Shown: one piece after another, positions 43,927 through 54,390 of the stretch | Numbering within the stretch: position 1 is the first letter of the stretch | How the letters are laid out: every line of letters begins with the position of its first letter | From: a virus | Virus record (IMG/VR): IMGVR_UViG_3300017971_000228 | Location: 1 to 64,000 of that record | Length of the DNA: 64,000 nt | Reading direction: 5' to 3' (one strand) | The notes under the pieces: model-generated | Seen by the model: the letters and a program-made list of their open reading frames with translations, nothing else | What the model was told of the DNA's origin: nothing | Databases searched by the model: none | Translations under genes and position numbers: made by a program

Positions 43927-46575
43927 ATGGCGTCACGAAGTGTCATTATCATTGAGGCTCAGGATCTGGCAACCCAGAAGCTGTCATCTGTTGAACGACA
44001 GATGGGGCGAATGGGTGGTGTGCTGGTTGGCATGTCCCAGGAAATCGGCCATCTCAACCTGCGGAACCAACAGAACAATGAAGAGCTAGACCAGACCCCA
44101 CCCAAGCTCAACCTGTTCAGCCAGGCCGTGGGAGGGCTAGTCAAGAATCTCGTCTCCCTCGGTTCTGCCTATGCCAGCATCAAGGGACTTCGGATCGTTC
44201 ACGATTTGGCACTACAGGGCGCCCAGGCTGAGATGACTGAGGCATCCTTCTCTCGGATGCTGGCCAGCGTGGGGGCCTCACCCGAAGTCCTGAACCGAAT
44301 GAAGGCTGCGGCCGGGGGCACCATTCCGGAAATGAAGCTCATGCAGGCGTTGAACACGTCACTGATCGGGGTCAGTGACGAGTTCGGCAACGCCATGGCC
44401 AGAGCCTACCCGCAGCTCATCCAGATGGCACGTGCGGCCAACATTGCTAACCCGGCGCTGGGCACGACCGACTTCATGCTCCAATCACTGGCCATCGGTC
44501 TAAAGCGAAACTCCATCAAGATCATCGACAACCTGGGCATTCAGGTCAAGCTGACCGAGGCGAACCAACGCGCGGCGGAGATGTACGGCAAGTCTACGAA
44601 GGCGCTGACTGAAGAAGAGAAGGCGATGGGGTTGCTGAACCTCACGCTGGAACGGGGGATGCGTCTCGTCGATCAGGTGGGCCTGTCAAACGACAATGCA
44701 GTAGTCAAGCAGCAGGTGCTGACGACGGCCGTGGCGGACACGAAGATCGAACTGGGCAAGTCGATAACAGCCATCCTGAGCTACCAAGGTGTGCTTGCCG
44801 GTGCAGTGACGATTCTCGGGGAATATGCCAGCAGGAGCAATGAGGCCAGAGATGCTGGTGTGTTGTTCCAAACTGCTCTCAATGAAGCAGCGGGGTCTGG
44901 AGAAGGCCTCCATCTTCAGGCTCGCATACTTGAGCTGCGCCTACGCAACCTACAGAACTCCTTCAAGAATGGATACATCACCGCCAACGAATTCAACACC
45001 CAACTGGTGGAAATGGCTACGGCGGCGGGTATCGACACGGAAGCCATCCGTAGACTGGACCCGGCGGTTCAGAGGCTATTGCAGGGTCTTGGAAGCATTG
45101 AATTCAAGGGCTTCACCGGCGGTGCGGAATTGGCAGAAGGTGCCTTCGATACAATAGGGGCAGCGACGGACGCTTTCAACGCAAAGTTGGCTGCACTGCT
45201 GGAGAACGAACAGGTCACGGGCGACCAGGCACTGAGACTGTCAGCGATTGTCCAGACACTGGCAGACAGCTTCGAGCCGGGTACGGTCAACACGGCTAAA
45301 CTCGTCGAGCGAATCGCGGAGTTGACCGGCACGCTGCCGGACCTTCAGGACAATGCAGTAGAAGCCGCAAAGGACATTCTCAAGACCGATAGCGCAATGA
45401 GCGCAGCAGCGAAGGGATTCAGTTCTGCGGCACCAGGGTTTGACGATATCCAGCGTGGCTACCGGGGAATTGCCGCTGAAGCCAAGGCGGCGGCTGAAGA
45501 AGCAGAAAAGGCCACGGCGAAGATCGTCGATCCTATCACTAGCCAAGCGGGCAAGATCGCAGCGGAATATGCCGACATCGTCCCGATGCGAACTTTGCAG
45601 GCACGCTACGCTCGGGTAGAAGAGTGGGCGAAGCAGAACGCCGAACGCCTAGCGGGAATGAGCGAATGGCAGCGGGACGTAGAAGTCCAGACCTTCCTGG
45701 ACGGGCTGTTCGCCAAGGAACAGGGGCTGAGGGACAGCCTGGAACGCCAGACCCAACTGCAAGAAGAGGCGGCGCGGGTTCGGGAACAGGCCAACCAGAA
45801 GATGCTGTCGGACATCCAGGGGCTGATGAAGCCGACGGTGGACGAATCCATCTGGAAGGATGCGCTACCCCGAGAAGATACGTGGGATGAATGGGCCAGA
45901 CGGGCAGCTACCGTAGCGGCTGAGGGGTGGGGGTCCGAATGGCTAGATGATATGCAGGCTCTGGATCCCGACTTCCAGGCACTGCTCGAAGAGATGGGGG
46001 ATCCGAAGGCGGCAGCCGCGGTATGGATCGACCAGTTCTACAAAGGGATGCATCCCGAAGCGGTAGATGTGGACAAAGTCGCCCAGGACTACATCGACAT
46101 GATCAAGGCGTCGGAACGGTGGGCTGAGATTGCCAATGTCGTGGCTGACAAGGTACGCGCGGCGGGATATGACCCTTCTGAGGAAGCCATAGCAGCACTG
46201 GCTCAGGGGGACAAGATCACGGCCATGGACCTCATCGAAGAAAACTTCGAGGATAACATCAAGACGACGGGTACGAGCGCCGGCACGGCACTGAGTGAGA
46301 CCTTCGGGGAGGAAGTCACCACGCCTTCCTACATCAGCGACATGCTGACGGCGTTGAACGAACAGTTTGACGAACAGCAGGATGAGTGGGATGCGCTGGG
46401 GCTGAGGATGGGGGAAACGCTGAGTACTGGAGTGCTGAAGGCTCTGACTTCCAGCGGGTTCATGGCGGGGCTGGTCAGCCGGCTGGCACCGGAGATTCTA
46501 CGCTACATCGGCGAAACGGGATGGGGGCGATGCGTGGTGCAGCAGCAACAGGCGGGGGGGAGGCCGGGGCTGTAG
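43927..46575 (+). CDS. Tape measure protein
   Basis: 882 aa, Ala-rich helical; IIIEAQD, IIDNLGI; follows the chaperone. Confidence 0.88.
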   Translation: MASRSVIIIEAQDLATQKLSSVERQMGRMGGVLVGMSQEIGHLNLRNQQNNEELDQTPPKLNLFSQAVGGLVKNLVSLGSAYASIKGLRIVHDLALQGAQAEMTEASFSRMLASVGASPEVLNRMKAAAGGTIPEMKLMQALNTSLIGVSDEFGNAMARAYPQLIQMARAANIANPALGTTDFMLQSLAIGLKRNSIKIIDNLGIQVKLTEANQRAAEMYGKSTKALTEEEKAMGLLNLTLERGMRLVDQVGLSNDNAVVKQQVLTTAVADTKIELGKSITAILSYQGVLAGAVTILGEYASRSNEARDAGVLFQTALNEAAGSGEGLHLQARILELRLRNLQNSFKNGYITANEFNTQLVEMATAAGIDTEAIRRLDPAVQRLLQGLGSIEFKGFTGGAELAEGAFDTIGAATDAFNAKLAALLENEQVTGDQALRLSAIVQTLADSFEPGTVNTAKLVERIAELTGTLPDLQDNAVEAAKDILKTDSAMSAAAKGFSSAAPGFDDIQRGYRGIAAEAKAAAEEAEKATAKIVDPITSQAGKIAAEYADIVPMRTLQARYARVEEWAKQNAERLAGMSEWQRDVEVQTFLDGLFAKEQGLRDSLERQTQLQEEAARVREQANQKMLSDIQGLMKPTVDESIWKDALPREDTWDEWARRAATVAAEGWGSEWLDDMQALDPDFQALLEEMGDPKAAAAVWIDQFYKGMHPEAVDVDKVAQDYIDMIKASERWAEIANVVADKVRAAGYDPSEEAIAALAQGDKITAMDLIEENFEDNIKTTGTSAGTALSETFGEEVTTPSYISDMLTALNEQFDEQQDEWDALGLRMGETLSTGVLKALTSSGFMAGLVSRLAPEILRYIGETGWGRCVVQQQQAGGRPGL

Positions 46576-46941
46576 ATGGCTAGTGCATGTGCAACCTATC
46601 TGGGCATCGCGGGGGCTTCAGCCCTGCTGCCCGACCCGGTAGTGTGCAACCGGGAGTTGCTGAGGATCGGCACCTACCGTCGGATGGCGGATTCGACGCT
46701 GCGCTATGACTACTCCGGCAGTGGCCTGCGCTGGCAGCTGGGGTGGCAGCTACTGGATGGGACGAACAAGGCGACGCTACAGGCGGAAGCAGAACGGACG
46801 GCGAGCATGCTCTTCAGCCCGCCGACGGCGGGCACCTGCTGGAACGTGCTGGTGATGAATTACGCTGAAGAGGCCGTCCCCATGGCGGGGGGAACGGTGC
46901 GCTGGAATGCGACCCTCACAGTGGAAACGGTAGACGACTGA
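46576..46941 (+). CDS. Distal tail protein
   Basis: Follows tape measure; RRMADSTLRYD. Confidence 0.6.
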   Translation: MASACATYLGIAGASALLPDPVVCNRELLRIGTYRRMADSTLRYDYSGSGLRWQLGWQLLDGTNKATLQAEAERTASMLFSPPTAGTCWNVLVMNYAEEAVPMAGGTVRWNATLTVETVDD

Positions 46942-48488
46942 TGGCGCAGAGCATCGCCGGCACGAGTCTGTGCGCCAACGCCATATCACACAACCGCAAG
47001 GTGCTATGCCAGGTGGACGTGGCCTGGGGGCAGACCTGGGCTACCCTGTCAGCCTCGGACTGGGTAGACGAAAGCGCCCACGTCCTGGCGGTAGACGGCA
47101 ATATGTCGCTGGCGGAACCGGGGGTGGGACTCACCCGAACGGGCGCAGCGGACGTCAACACGGCTCGGGTGACGCTGCGGAACTACGACAACCGTTACAG
47201 CCCCTGGAACACGAACAGCGCCATCTATGCCTCCACCTGTGGCGGGCAGCTCTTCATGACGCCTATCTCTGTCTGCGTCGGATTTGACGCCGCCGGCACA
47301 CCGGAGATGCTGCACCAGTTCGCTGGCGTCATCGCGCGACCCACAGAAGAAACCATCTCCAAGACGGCGACATGGGAATGCAAGGACCGAAGCTGGACCT
47401 TTCGGTCCACGAAATATGCCACCAGCGTCTGTACGGACATCACGCCTGACGCCTATCTGGGAGCACTGTGTACCCAGGCCAGCATTGCAGCAGCGGATCG
47501 GACCTTTGATGAGGGATCGCTGAGCTTTCCCTACGCCTGGATGGATGAAGAGAACATCGCCGCAGAGATGCAGGACGTGGCCCAGGCGGATGGGGGGATG
47601 CTGTACTTCAACAAGTCCGGCAGCCTGATCTATGAGAACATCAATCACTGGCTATCGGATACTGACTGCATTGACACGGCGGGAACCTTCGACTTCACGG
47701 TAAGCGACTTCCAGGAATTGCAGCCGGAGTTCACGCACAATGAAGTCTACTCAGGTGTCATTGTCGAACAGAACGTGCGAGAGCGGGGGGCCATCCATAC
47801 CGTCTATTCGCGGACGGACCCCATCTACATCGAGCCTGCGGGAACCCAGACCATCAAGTGCCGGCTGAACAAGCCCATATTATCATTGGAGACACCGGAA
47901 GAGGATACGGACTATCTGATCATGACGGGGGGCGGGCGCAAGGTGTCGGGGAGCGTAAGCATCACGTCCACTTCCTACGCCCAGCAGGTAGACGTGACCT
48001 TTACGAACTCTTCCAGCGCCTACGGCATGTATATCACGCGATTCGAGTTGCGGGGGGAGGCGCTGTGGGGTGGCCCCGTGGCGGAGAGCAAGGAAGAATC
48101 GACCGGGGGCTACATCGAGGAAGAGAAGCTGCTGGAACTGAGGGGCAATTCCTACATCCAGCGGCAAGCCCAGGCGGACATGCTGGCCAAGTTCCTGCGG
48201 GATCGGACGGAACGGCCTCGGGAGATCTACCACCTGTCGGGGGTGCCGGGCATTCCCTGGCTGGAACTGACGGACCGTATCTCCATCACCGAGGCGGACT
48301 CGGGTATCACGGCCTGCGCCCACATCTTCGGGCTGGGGTGGCGATTCATCGGCGGTGCGGGGGCGCTCTATGAGCAGGACATCACGGCGGTGAACGCTGC
48401 GAACCTATTCCCCTATGATAGCGCAAGTTACTTTGTGATCGGTTCCTGCGAAATGAGCGGTAGCGACAGTGCAATCCTGGCGTATTAG
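46941..48488 (+). CDS. Tail tip / baseplate hub protein
   Basis: VTLRNYDNRYSPWN, GGMLYF..SG.L.Y, PWLELTDRI. Confidence 0.75.
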   Translation: MAQSIAGTSLCANAISHNRKVLCQVDVAWGQTWATLSASDWVDESAHVLAVDGNMSLAEPGVGLTRTGAADVNTARVTLRNYDNRYSPWNTNSAIYASTCGGQLFMTPISVCVGFDAAGTPEMLHQFAGVIARPTEETISKTATWECKDRSWTFRSTKYATSVCTDITPDAYLGALCTQASIAAADRTFDEGSLSFPYAWMDEENIAAEMQDVAQADGGMLYFNKSGSLIYENINHWLSDTDCIDTAGTFDFTVSDFQELQPEFTHNEVYSGVIVEQNVRERGAIHTVYSRTDPIYIEPAGTQTIKCRLNKPILSLETPEEDTDYLIMTGGGRKVSGSVSITSTSYAQQVDVTFTNSSSAYGMYITRFELRGEALWGGPVAESKEESTGGYIEEEKLLELRGNSYIQRQAQADMLAKFLRDRTERPREIYHLSGVPGIPWLELTDRISITEADSGITACAHIFGLGWRFIGGAGALYEQDITAVNAANLFPYDSASYFVIGSCEMSGSDSAILAY

Positions 48489-48499
48489 GGGAGACGGGC

Positions 48500-49927
48500 A
48501 TGCTTGAGTGGGAGGATCCGCCCTCATTCTCGTCATCACAATCCAGCGGCGTTAACGTGGTACTGAGTGCCACGAAGCTGCGGATGTTGAACAAGGACGT
48601 GGACTTCCTGCAGGGCAGGGCCGACGGGCCTCACACCGTCTTTGCGGGGACGTATTGCCAAGCGACGCCCTCATCTAGCGGGACGATCTGGGAAGGGTGG
48701 ATTCGGCACAAGAAGGACGCCCTGCGTTACGGTGCTTTCGTTGCGGGTTCTTCTTCGGCCAGCATCCAGATTGAGGGGGATGAGGATGCCTGGGAGACGC
48801 TGGCGACCTGTGACTTTGGGGAAGCGACGGGGGCCTGGGTGGAGATCGGGGCCAGTACGGACATCTCTTCAGCCTGCATCACCTCGGGGTGCTGGTATCG
48901 TATGCGGGTGGGGTTGAACGGTGCCGGGGGGTCCATCCATCTGGCGATGCTGGAAGAGACCTGCCCGATTCAGGGATGGGTAGCACCACCTACTTTCTCG
49001 GCATGTACGGAAGATCTGGCTGCCAGTCTGAACACACTCCGCGATGACCTGAATGCGCTGAAGGCCAATAGTGATGCGCCTTTCGGGGCCTTCGGCGGCA
49101 TGACTACGCCCATTGAAGATTCCACCGCTTCGGACGTATGGTACAAGGACGACTCCTACAACAACGCACCGCACTATGACAACTGCTACTTTGGTGGGGG
49201 GTTCTACTATCCCGCTTGGTCAGCGGGCAGTGCCTTTGTGAAGTATGTCTACAAAGTCGGCTCTGGCAGCCTCTCGGGCAGCATTTACGCTGATGCGGGG
49301 GCGGGGCTGTCAGGCGATGCAGAGGGCACCTTCTCCTGTTCTGAAGGGGATACATACGAAGGGAGGGTGAACATCACCGGCGTAGCGGATACGGCGGGGT
49401 GTCTGTGCCGTCTGAGGATGCGAATTGAGGCAGACCCATCAGCCTGTGGGGCAGATCAGTTCAACCTTCTGTACCTGAGTGTGTACGCTGATGAGACGGA
49501 TTCCATCGCGGGCTGTTCGTTGCGCCACTGGGAAAGCGGGTGTCACATCGACTTCGCCGACCTGAACATGACGGGCAGCCGGATGGATCTGCTGGACGGG
49601 GCGGGGAAGCTGGCCTACTGGCGCAATGCAGCCATCAAGCGGATAGGTATCACGACCCCCAACGAAAATGAGGGATTTCGCATTGGTCTTCACCGGCGAC
49701 GGGGGTTCCCTATCCTTCACTACTACAGCAACAGTGGTCATGAGAACCCCCACCTCAAGTTCCCCGATCCATCAGAGAATGACTGGCATACCCAGAAGCT
49801 GGACACGGTATTGGATACTTGGCACACGATAGATCTGGACCAGGTGCGGGGGTTGTACGAGGGCATGTACTACAATGCTGATGAGGTTGAAGTAGCGCAG
49901 GAGTGGGATGAGGGCCTGAATGCCTAA
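48500..49927 (+). CDS. Minor tail / receptor-binding protein
   Basis: W..PP.F...LSA.KL..L and W..PP.F...AASLNTLRDDL repeats; position. Confidence 0.6.
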   Translation: MLEWEDPPSFSSSQSSGVNVVLSATKLRMLNKDVDFLQGRADGPHTVFAGTYCQATPSSSGTIWEGWIRHKKDALRYGAFVAGSSSASIQIEGDEDAWETLATCDFGEATGAWVEIGASTDISSACITSGCWYRMRVGLNGAGGSIHLAMLEETCPIQGWVAPPTFSACTEDLAASLNTLRDDLNALKANSDAPFGAFGGMTTPIEDSTASDVWYKDDSYNNAPHYDNCYFGGGFYYPAWSAGSAFVKYVYKVGSGSLSGSIYADAGAGLSGDAEGTFSCSEGDTYEGRVNITGVADTAGCLCRLRMRIEADPSACGADQFNLLYLSVYADETDSIAGCSLRHWESGCHIDFADLNMTGSRMDLLDGAGKLAYWRNAAIKRIGITTPNENEGFRIGLHRRRGFPILHYYSNSGHENPHLKFPDPSENDWHTQKLDTVLDTWHTIDLDQVRGLYEGMYYNADEVEVAQEWDEGLNA

Positions 49928-50381
49928 GAAGGACACCACTCGCTGGATTGACCTTCCCTACCTGAGTGAGCGTGATGCGATTGACCTGATCCGTCGTAGT
50001 ACGGACAGTAGCGAGGCTGCAGTAGCGGCCAATTACACGCGGCAGGTGCTGTTCTACGTTCCCGGTGCTGCGGTTACGGGGACCAGTGTATCGGGGGAAC
50101 CGGTATGGCGCGGTGAGGATGGGATACCGCAACGGATTGACGCAAGGGCAAAGGGAACGCCGACAGGGGCGGCACTGCAGTATACCGTCAAGGCGGGGGG
50201 AACAACCGTCGGAACCGTCACCATTGCGGATGGAGCCACAGCGGGAACGACAAGCACCATGTCGGTGAACTCCATTGATCCCAACACGGCGATTACACTG
50301 GACTGCGATCAGGTAGGGTCTACCACGTCGGGTTCGGACGTGACCGTGACGCTGGAATGTCTGGTGGCGACAGAAAGCTAG
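49920..50381 (+). CDS. Minor tail protein
   Basis: PTGAAL...ITLDCDQVGSTTSGSDVTV. Confidence 0.6.
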   Translation: MPKKDTTRWIDLPYLSERDAIDLIRRSTDSSEAAVAANYTRQVLFYVPGAAVTGTSVSGEPVWRGEDGIPQRIDARAKGTPTGAALQYTVKAGGTTVGTVTIADGATAGTTSTMSVNSIDPNTAITLDCDQVGSTTSGSDVTVTLECLVATES

Positions 50382-50390
50382 GTAGAGCGA

Positions 50391-51134
50391 ATGGCAACGA
50401 CGTGCGTTATTTCATCATGTACCTATACCTACCTTTCCATCGCTGCAGGATGTCCGGGAGCGGGTTATGGTTCCTATGATGAAGCGTCCTCACCAGCCTT
50501 TTTCTCAGCAGCGAAGCCGACGACATACAAGATCGGTCAGATGGTATATGACAACGGGGCACAGCTTATCTACTACATCAACCGTTCATATCTGAGCTTT
50601 GATACGTCGGTCATTCCAGGAGCAATTCTGGGGGCTTCGCTTTGGCTCACCGGGGCAGCAGATTATGCACTCAGTGGTCCCTACTGTACCGGGACGTGTG
50701 GTGAAGACTTTGACGTAGAAGTATACCGCTTTGACTTTACACTAGACGCCAATGGTGACCTCGCTCCTGATGATGCCACAGGTTCAGCCAACTGGTATGG
50801 TGCCTTCGGGGATGCTGCCAGCCACGTAGGTACGCTATCATCCACATCTGCTGATTACTGGGAGTACGCTGCATCTTCCCTCTCGAACTTTGGTATGGAA
50901 ATCCCAGCTTCCATGATTGACACAGCAGGATGTACGAGATTCACATTGGTTTCATCACGAGATATCAGTGCAACTGATCCTGGCATCTCAGCGAGCGATC
51001 TGAATGCCTATGACTGGTGGTGGGGGGCTGTATGGGCTGCGGGTATGCACCCCACGAGCTATGGGGGAAGTGACGGTTGGCCACGTCTAGCAGTTACCTA
51101 TGCTGCAAGTGGAGGCTATGCCTGGATATTCTGA
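50391..51134 (+). CDS. Minor tail protein (DNRLRE-like carbohydrate-binding domain)
   Basis: RSYLSFDTSVIP...ASL, PRLAVTY. Confidence 0.55.
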   Translation: MATTCVISSCTYTYLSIAAGCPGAGYGSYDEASSPAFFSAAKPTTYKIGQMVYDNGAQLIYYINRSYLSFDTSVIPGAILGASLWLTGAADYALSGPYCTGTCGEDFDVEVYRFDFTLDANGDLAPDDATGSANWYGAFGDAASHVGTLSSTSADYWEYAASSLSNFGMEIPASMIDTAGCTRFTLVSSRDISATDPGISASDLNAYDWWWGAVWAAGMHPTSYGGSDGWPRLAVTYAASGGYAWIF

Positions 51135-51146
51135 GAAGGAGACTCT

Positions 51147-52226
51147 ATGGGAGTATGGGGCGATACCCAGATGGCCATGCTGCACGAACTGGGACCCAAG
51201 GTGCAAGACAATGAGATGTCCTGGAACGATGCAGCAGAGATCATCAGCAAGACGGGGGAACGCCGGAGCGCACAGGGATGCAGGAACCGATGGAAGCGAG
51301 AGAGATTACAGCCTAGAAAAGAACAGACGCCGGAAGCTGTACCGATAGAGTTAACGGATCCCAGCGTAGACTGGGACGAGTGGATCACGCACCTTATCAA
51401 ACGACAGGAGATGGTGGAGGAAGCTGACCCCATCTTCACGTACGGCCGGACCCGCATCGACACGGACAAGCCGATCATTTACCAAGCTGTGGGCGACATC
51501 CACATGGGTTCGCGCTACGTGGAGTACAAGGAGTTCCGTGCAACCGTCCACCGGATGCTGGATACGCCCAGGGTCTACTGGGGCATGCACGGTGAGGACG
51601 TGGAGGGGTTCAATACCAGCTTCAAGGACGCTTCAGGTGTCCTGAACCAGCTGGTACAGCCGAAGATCCAGCGGGCTTTGGACCAACGGCTGCTGACGAT
51701 GCTTCACGAGAAGGGACGGCTGCTGTACGGGTGCGCCGGCACGCCCGGACACGGTGTCATCAAGATCATTGGCCAGGACTTAGTACAGGACTTGTACCAG
51801 GGACTGCATGTCTGGTACTTCGTGGGCAAGGCCATCTTCGTCCTGGAGGTGGGGGAGCAGCAATACGTGTTCATGGTGGGGCATCGACTTCCCGGAACCA
51901 GCATCTATAACCCCAACCACGCCCAGATCCGTGCGCTGCTCTACGACTGTCCGGTAGCGGACTTCATCGTCTCGGGCCACACGCATGCCTATGGCTACCA
52001 GGAGTATATGCATCACGAGTTGGCCTACCGTGCGGGGGTGATGCCGACCAACCGAACCCATCTCGTGAACGTCGGTACGGCGAAGACGGGGCCGGACCCC
52101 TACACCATGAGCAATTGGCGGCAAGGGGTGATGGAGTACCCAATGTTTTCGCTTCATCCCACACGCCATGAAATCAAAAGGGTCTATGGATGGGATGACA
52201 TGGACCATTATCTGGGACTGAACTAA
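51147..52226 (+). CDS. Calcineurin-like metallophosphoesterase with N-terminal helical domain
   Basis: GDIHMG, HGED, SGHTH. Confidence 0.75.
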   Translation: MGVWGDTQMAMLHELGPKVQDNEMSWNDAAEIISKTGERRSAQGCRNRWKRERLQPRKEQTPEAVPIELTDPSVDWDEWITHLIKRQEMVEEADPIFTYGRTRIDTDKPIIYQAVGDIHMGSRYVEYKEFRATVHRMLDTPRVYWGMHGEDVEGFNTSFKDASGVLNQLVQPKIQRALDQRLLTMLHEKGRLLYGCAGTPGHGVIKIIGQDLVQDLYQGLHVWYFVGKAIFVLEVGEQQYVFMVGHRLPGTSIYNPNHAQIRALLYDCPVADFIVSGHTHAYGYQEYMHHELAYRAGVMPTNRTHLVNVGTAKTGPDPYTMSNWRQGVMEYPMFSLHPTRHEIKRVYGWDDMDHYLGLN

Positions 52227-52237
52227 CGGGAGTTCTG

Positions 52238-52525
52238 ATGGCGGATAGACTAGAAGTCGACAGCCAATGGGTTGTCGCAACACTGAATACCATCTGCACC
52301 CAGGTCGCTGTGTTACCAAGCATAGAACAGCACCTGGCCAGACAGAACGACTCGATTGCGAAGATGCAGCAGAGAGCGCAGTTACGGGAAGACAGGTTGC
52401 GTGAACTGGAGCGACAGGCGCAAGCTAAGACGGCGCGGTGGAAGAGCTACTGCGCCTCTGGCATCAAGATCCTGGAAGCCCTGATCATTGCGTTCCTGCT
52501 GACCAAAGTTCTTGGAATGAGCTAG
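52238..52525 (+). CDS. Lysis-associated membrane protein (coiled coil plus C-terminal TM)
   Basis: HLARQN motif, hydrophobic C-terminus, upstream of endolysin. Confidence 0.55.
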   Translation: MADRLEVDSQWVVATLNTICTQVAVLPSIEQHLARQNDSIAKMQQRAQLREDRLRELERQAQAKTARWKSYCASGIKILEALIIAFLLTKVLGMS

Positions 52526-52548
52526 AGCATAGCAGGAGGGAATAGAAT

Positions 52549-54045
52549 ATGGGAAGCAAGCTGGGGATCCACGTCAACGTTCCGGAAGATGAGAATCGGT
52601 ACGTTGAGTTCTGCCGGGTAGCCAAACCTGCGGCTGTTCTACATCTGGACTTGGGCAACACGTCATTTCCAAGGCGAGTGAAGGAAGTTTCGCCCAACAC
52701 GCTCATCATCGGGCGGAAGTGGTTCGCGTCGCAACCGCTAGACAATCCAGAATCCCGAGCGGACCGTGCCGTTGGGGCAATGCTGGATTCAAGCTGTGGG
52801 CGTGAAGGGCTGATAGACGTCTGGGTAGTCTATAACGAGATTGGCCCCCACATCACCCATGACTACATGCGCTTTGACATGCGAGCCATGCAGCGACTTC
52901 ATGAAGCCAATCAGAAGGGGGCTGTTGGTAACTGGAGCGTCGGAACCCCCGACATCTATGACTGGTACTCGGGGTGGTTCCACGAGACGCTACGAGTTGC
53001 TGATTACCTTGCCATTCACGAGTACTGTGCCCCTGCGATGGATAGTCCCAGGGGGCTAGATGCTGCCAATCCAGGTGAGGGGTGGTTTACGTTGCGCTAC
53101 CGCAAGATGATGAGGGCCCTGCGGGAACAGAACCTGGGATTTTCAATCCCGCCACTGCTCATTACAGAGTGCGGCATTGATTCCGGCGCTGCTCATTGGG
53201 ACCCTGGAGCGCAAGGGGGGTGGCGTTCCTTCGCTTCGCCGCAGGAGTACCTGCGCCAGCTGAAGTGGTACGATTCCTACTTGCAGGGTGACGACTACGT
53301 AGCCGGAGCCGCCACCATCTTCTGCTGTGGGACGCACGACCCCACCTGGGACAGCTTCGACGTTCAGGGCGAGATGCTGGATCTGCTGCAGAACTACTTG
53401 GTGGAAGAGCAACAGGGCGACGACATTATCATTCCGCATCCCGACTGGCTGATGGACTTGCGCCACATACTCCCCAGGCACGTCACCAAGACCTACAGTC
53501 GGCGCAGCCTGGCCAACGTCACCCAAGTCGTCATCCACCATTCTGCCGTCGCCCCAACCGTGGGGCCCTGGCAGATAGCGGAGTATCACGTCGGTGTCAA
53601 GGACTGGCCTGGGCATGGCTATCATGCTGACATCGCCATGGACGGACGCGTGTGGCAGTGCCAGGATTGGGAGACTTGGTCCTACCATGCTGGCGCCGTC
53701 AACCCAACGTCCATCGGCATCTGCTTGCTGGGCAACTTCATGGGTGGTAGTGAACCTACGGACGCACAGATCGAGACCGCCCGCAAGCTCATCAGCCACC
53801 TGGAACAAGTGGTAGGGCATGACCTGGAAGTCGTGGGGCATCGGGAAGTCATGGACAACCGCGATTGCCCTGGCGACTCATTCCTTGGTGGGTGGAAGCA
53901 GCGGTTGTTGGATGGGGTGGAACCTGAGCCCGACTGGGAGGAGATGTACCACGCAGTTCAAGAGCGGTACGAAGCAGAAGTCGCAGAGAGTGGCAGATTA
54001 TCAACCTTGTTGGCAGATATCGAAGAGTTGGCGAAAGAGAGGTAG
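52549..54045 (+). CDS. Endolysin: glycoside-hydrolase-like domain plus Amidase_2
   Basis: YNE, AIHEY, ITECG; VVIHHSA, WPGHGYH, YHAG..NPTSIGICLLGNF, GHRE...CPG. Confidence 0.88.
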   Translation: MGSKLGIHVNVPEDENRYVEFCRVAKPAAVLHLDLGNTSFPRRVKEVSPNTLIIGRKWFASQPLDNPESRADRAVGAMLDSSCGREGLIDVWVVYNEIGPHITHDYMRFDMRAMQRLHEANQKGAVGNWSVGTPDIYDWYSGWFHETLRVADYLAIHEYCAPAMDSPRGLDAANPGEGWFTLRYRKMMRALREQNLGFSIPPLLITECGIDSGAAHWDPGAQGGWRSFASPQEYLRQLKWYDSYLQGDDYVAGAATIFCCGTHDPTWDSFDVQGEMLDLLQNYLVEEQQGDDIIIPHPDWLMDLRHILPRHVTKTYSRRSLANVTQVVIHHSAVAPTVGPWQIAEYHVGVKDWPGHGYHADIAMDGRVWQCQDWETWSYHAGAVNPTSIGICLLGNFMGGSEPTDAQIETARKLISHLEQVVGHDLEVVGHREVMDNRDCPGDSFLGGWKQRLLDGVEPEPDWEEMYHAVQERYEAEVAESGRLSTLLADIEELAKER

Positions 54046-54051
54046 CTTAGA

Positions 54052-54390
54052 ATGGATCTATTGCAGGCGTTCGCACAGGATCCGAGGGTTCGCACACTAG
54101 GGGGGCTGATTGTCCTGGATGTGGTGCTGGGCATTGCGGCCGCCCTCAGAACAGGTGAGTTTGACTGGCAGGAAGTGGGGCGGTTCTACACGTCCATGGT
54201 GCTTCCCATGATCCTGGGGTTCGCAGCGGTGTGGTTCGTGACCCCCTATCTGGTAGCGGACCTTCTCGGGCAGTACAGTGAAGTTCTGGGCCAGGCATTG
54301 GTGCTCTTGGCCTGGGGTACGTTAGTGGCACAGTTGGTGGCTTCTATCTTAGCTCACGTCAAGGAACTATGGGGCGCGGTTCCCGAGTGA
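54052..54390 (+). CDS. Holin
   Basis: Three TM segments; DVVLGIAAALRTGEFDW; after endolysin. Confidence 0.75.
   Translation: MDLLQAFAQDPRVRTLGGLIVLDVVLGIAAALRTGEFDWQEVGRFYTSMVLPMILGFAAVWFVTPYLVADLLGQYSEVLGQALVLLAWGTLVAQLVASILAHVKELWGAVPE

Noticed and set aside
26186-51134. Reassignment of TGY codons as the cause of the Ser/Cys swaps
   Set aside because: Essential Cys motifs (radical SAM CxxxCxxC, primase CHC2, zinc ribbons) use the same codons
287-54331. Many minus-strand and out-of-frame ORFs (e.g. 19411-20334, 38068-38925, 41845-42564)
   Set aside because: Shadows of well-supported + strand genes in GC-rich DNA; no recognisable motifs
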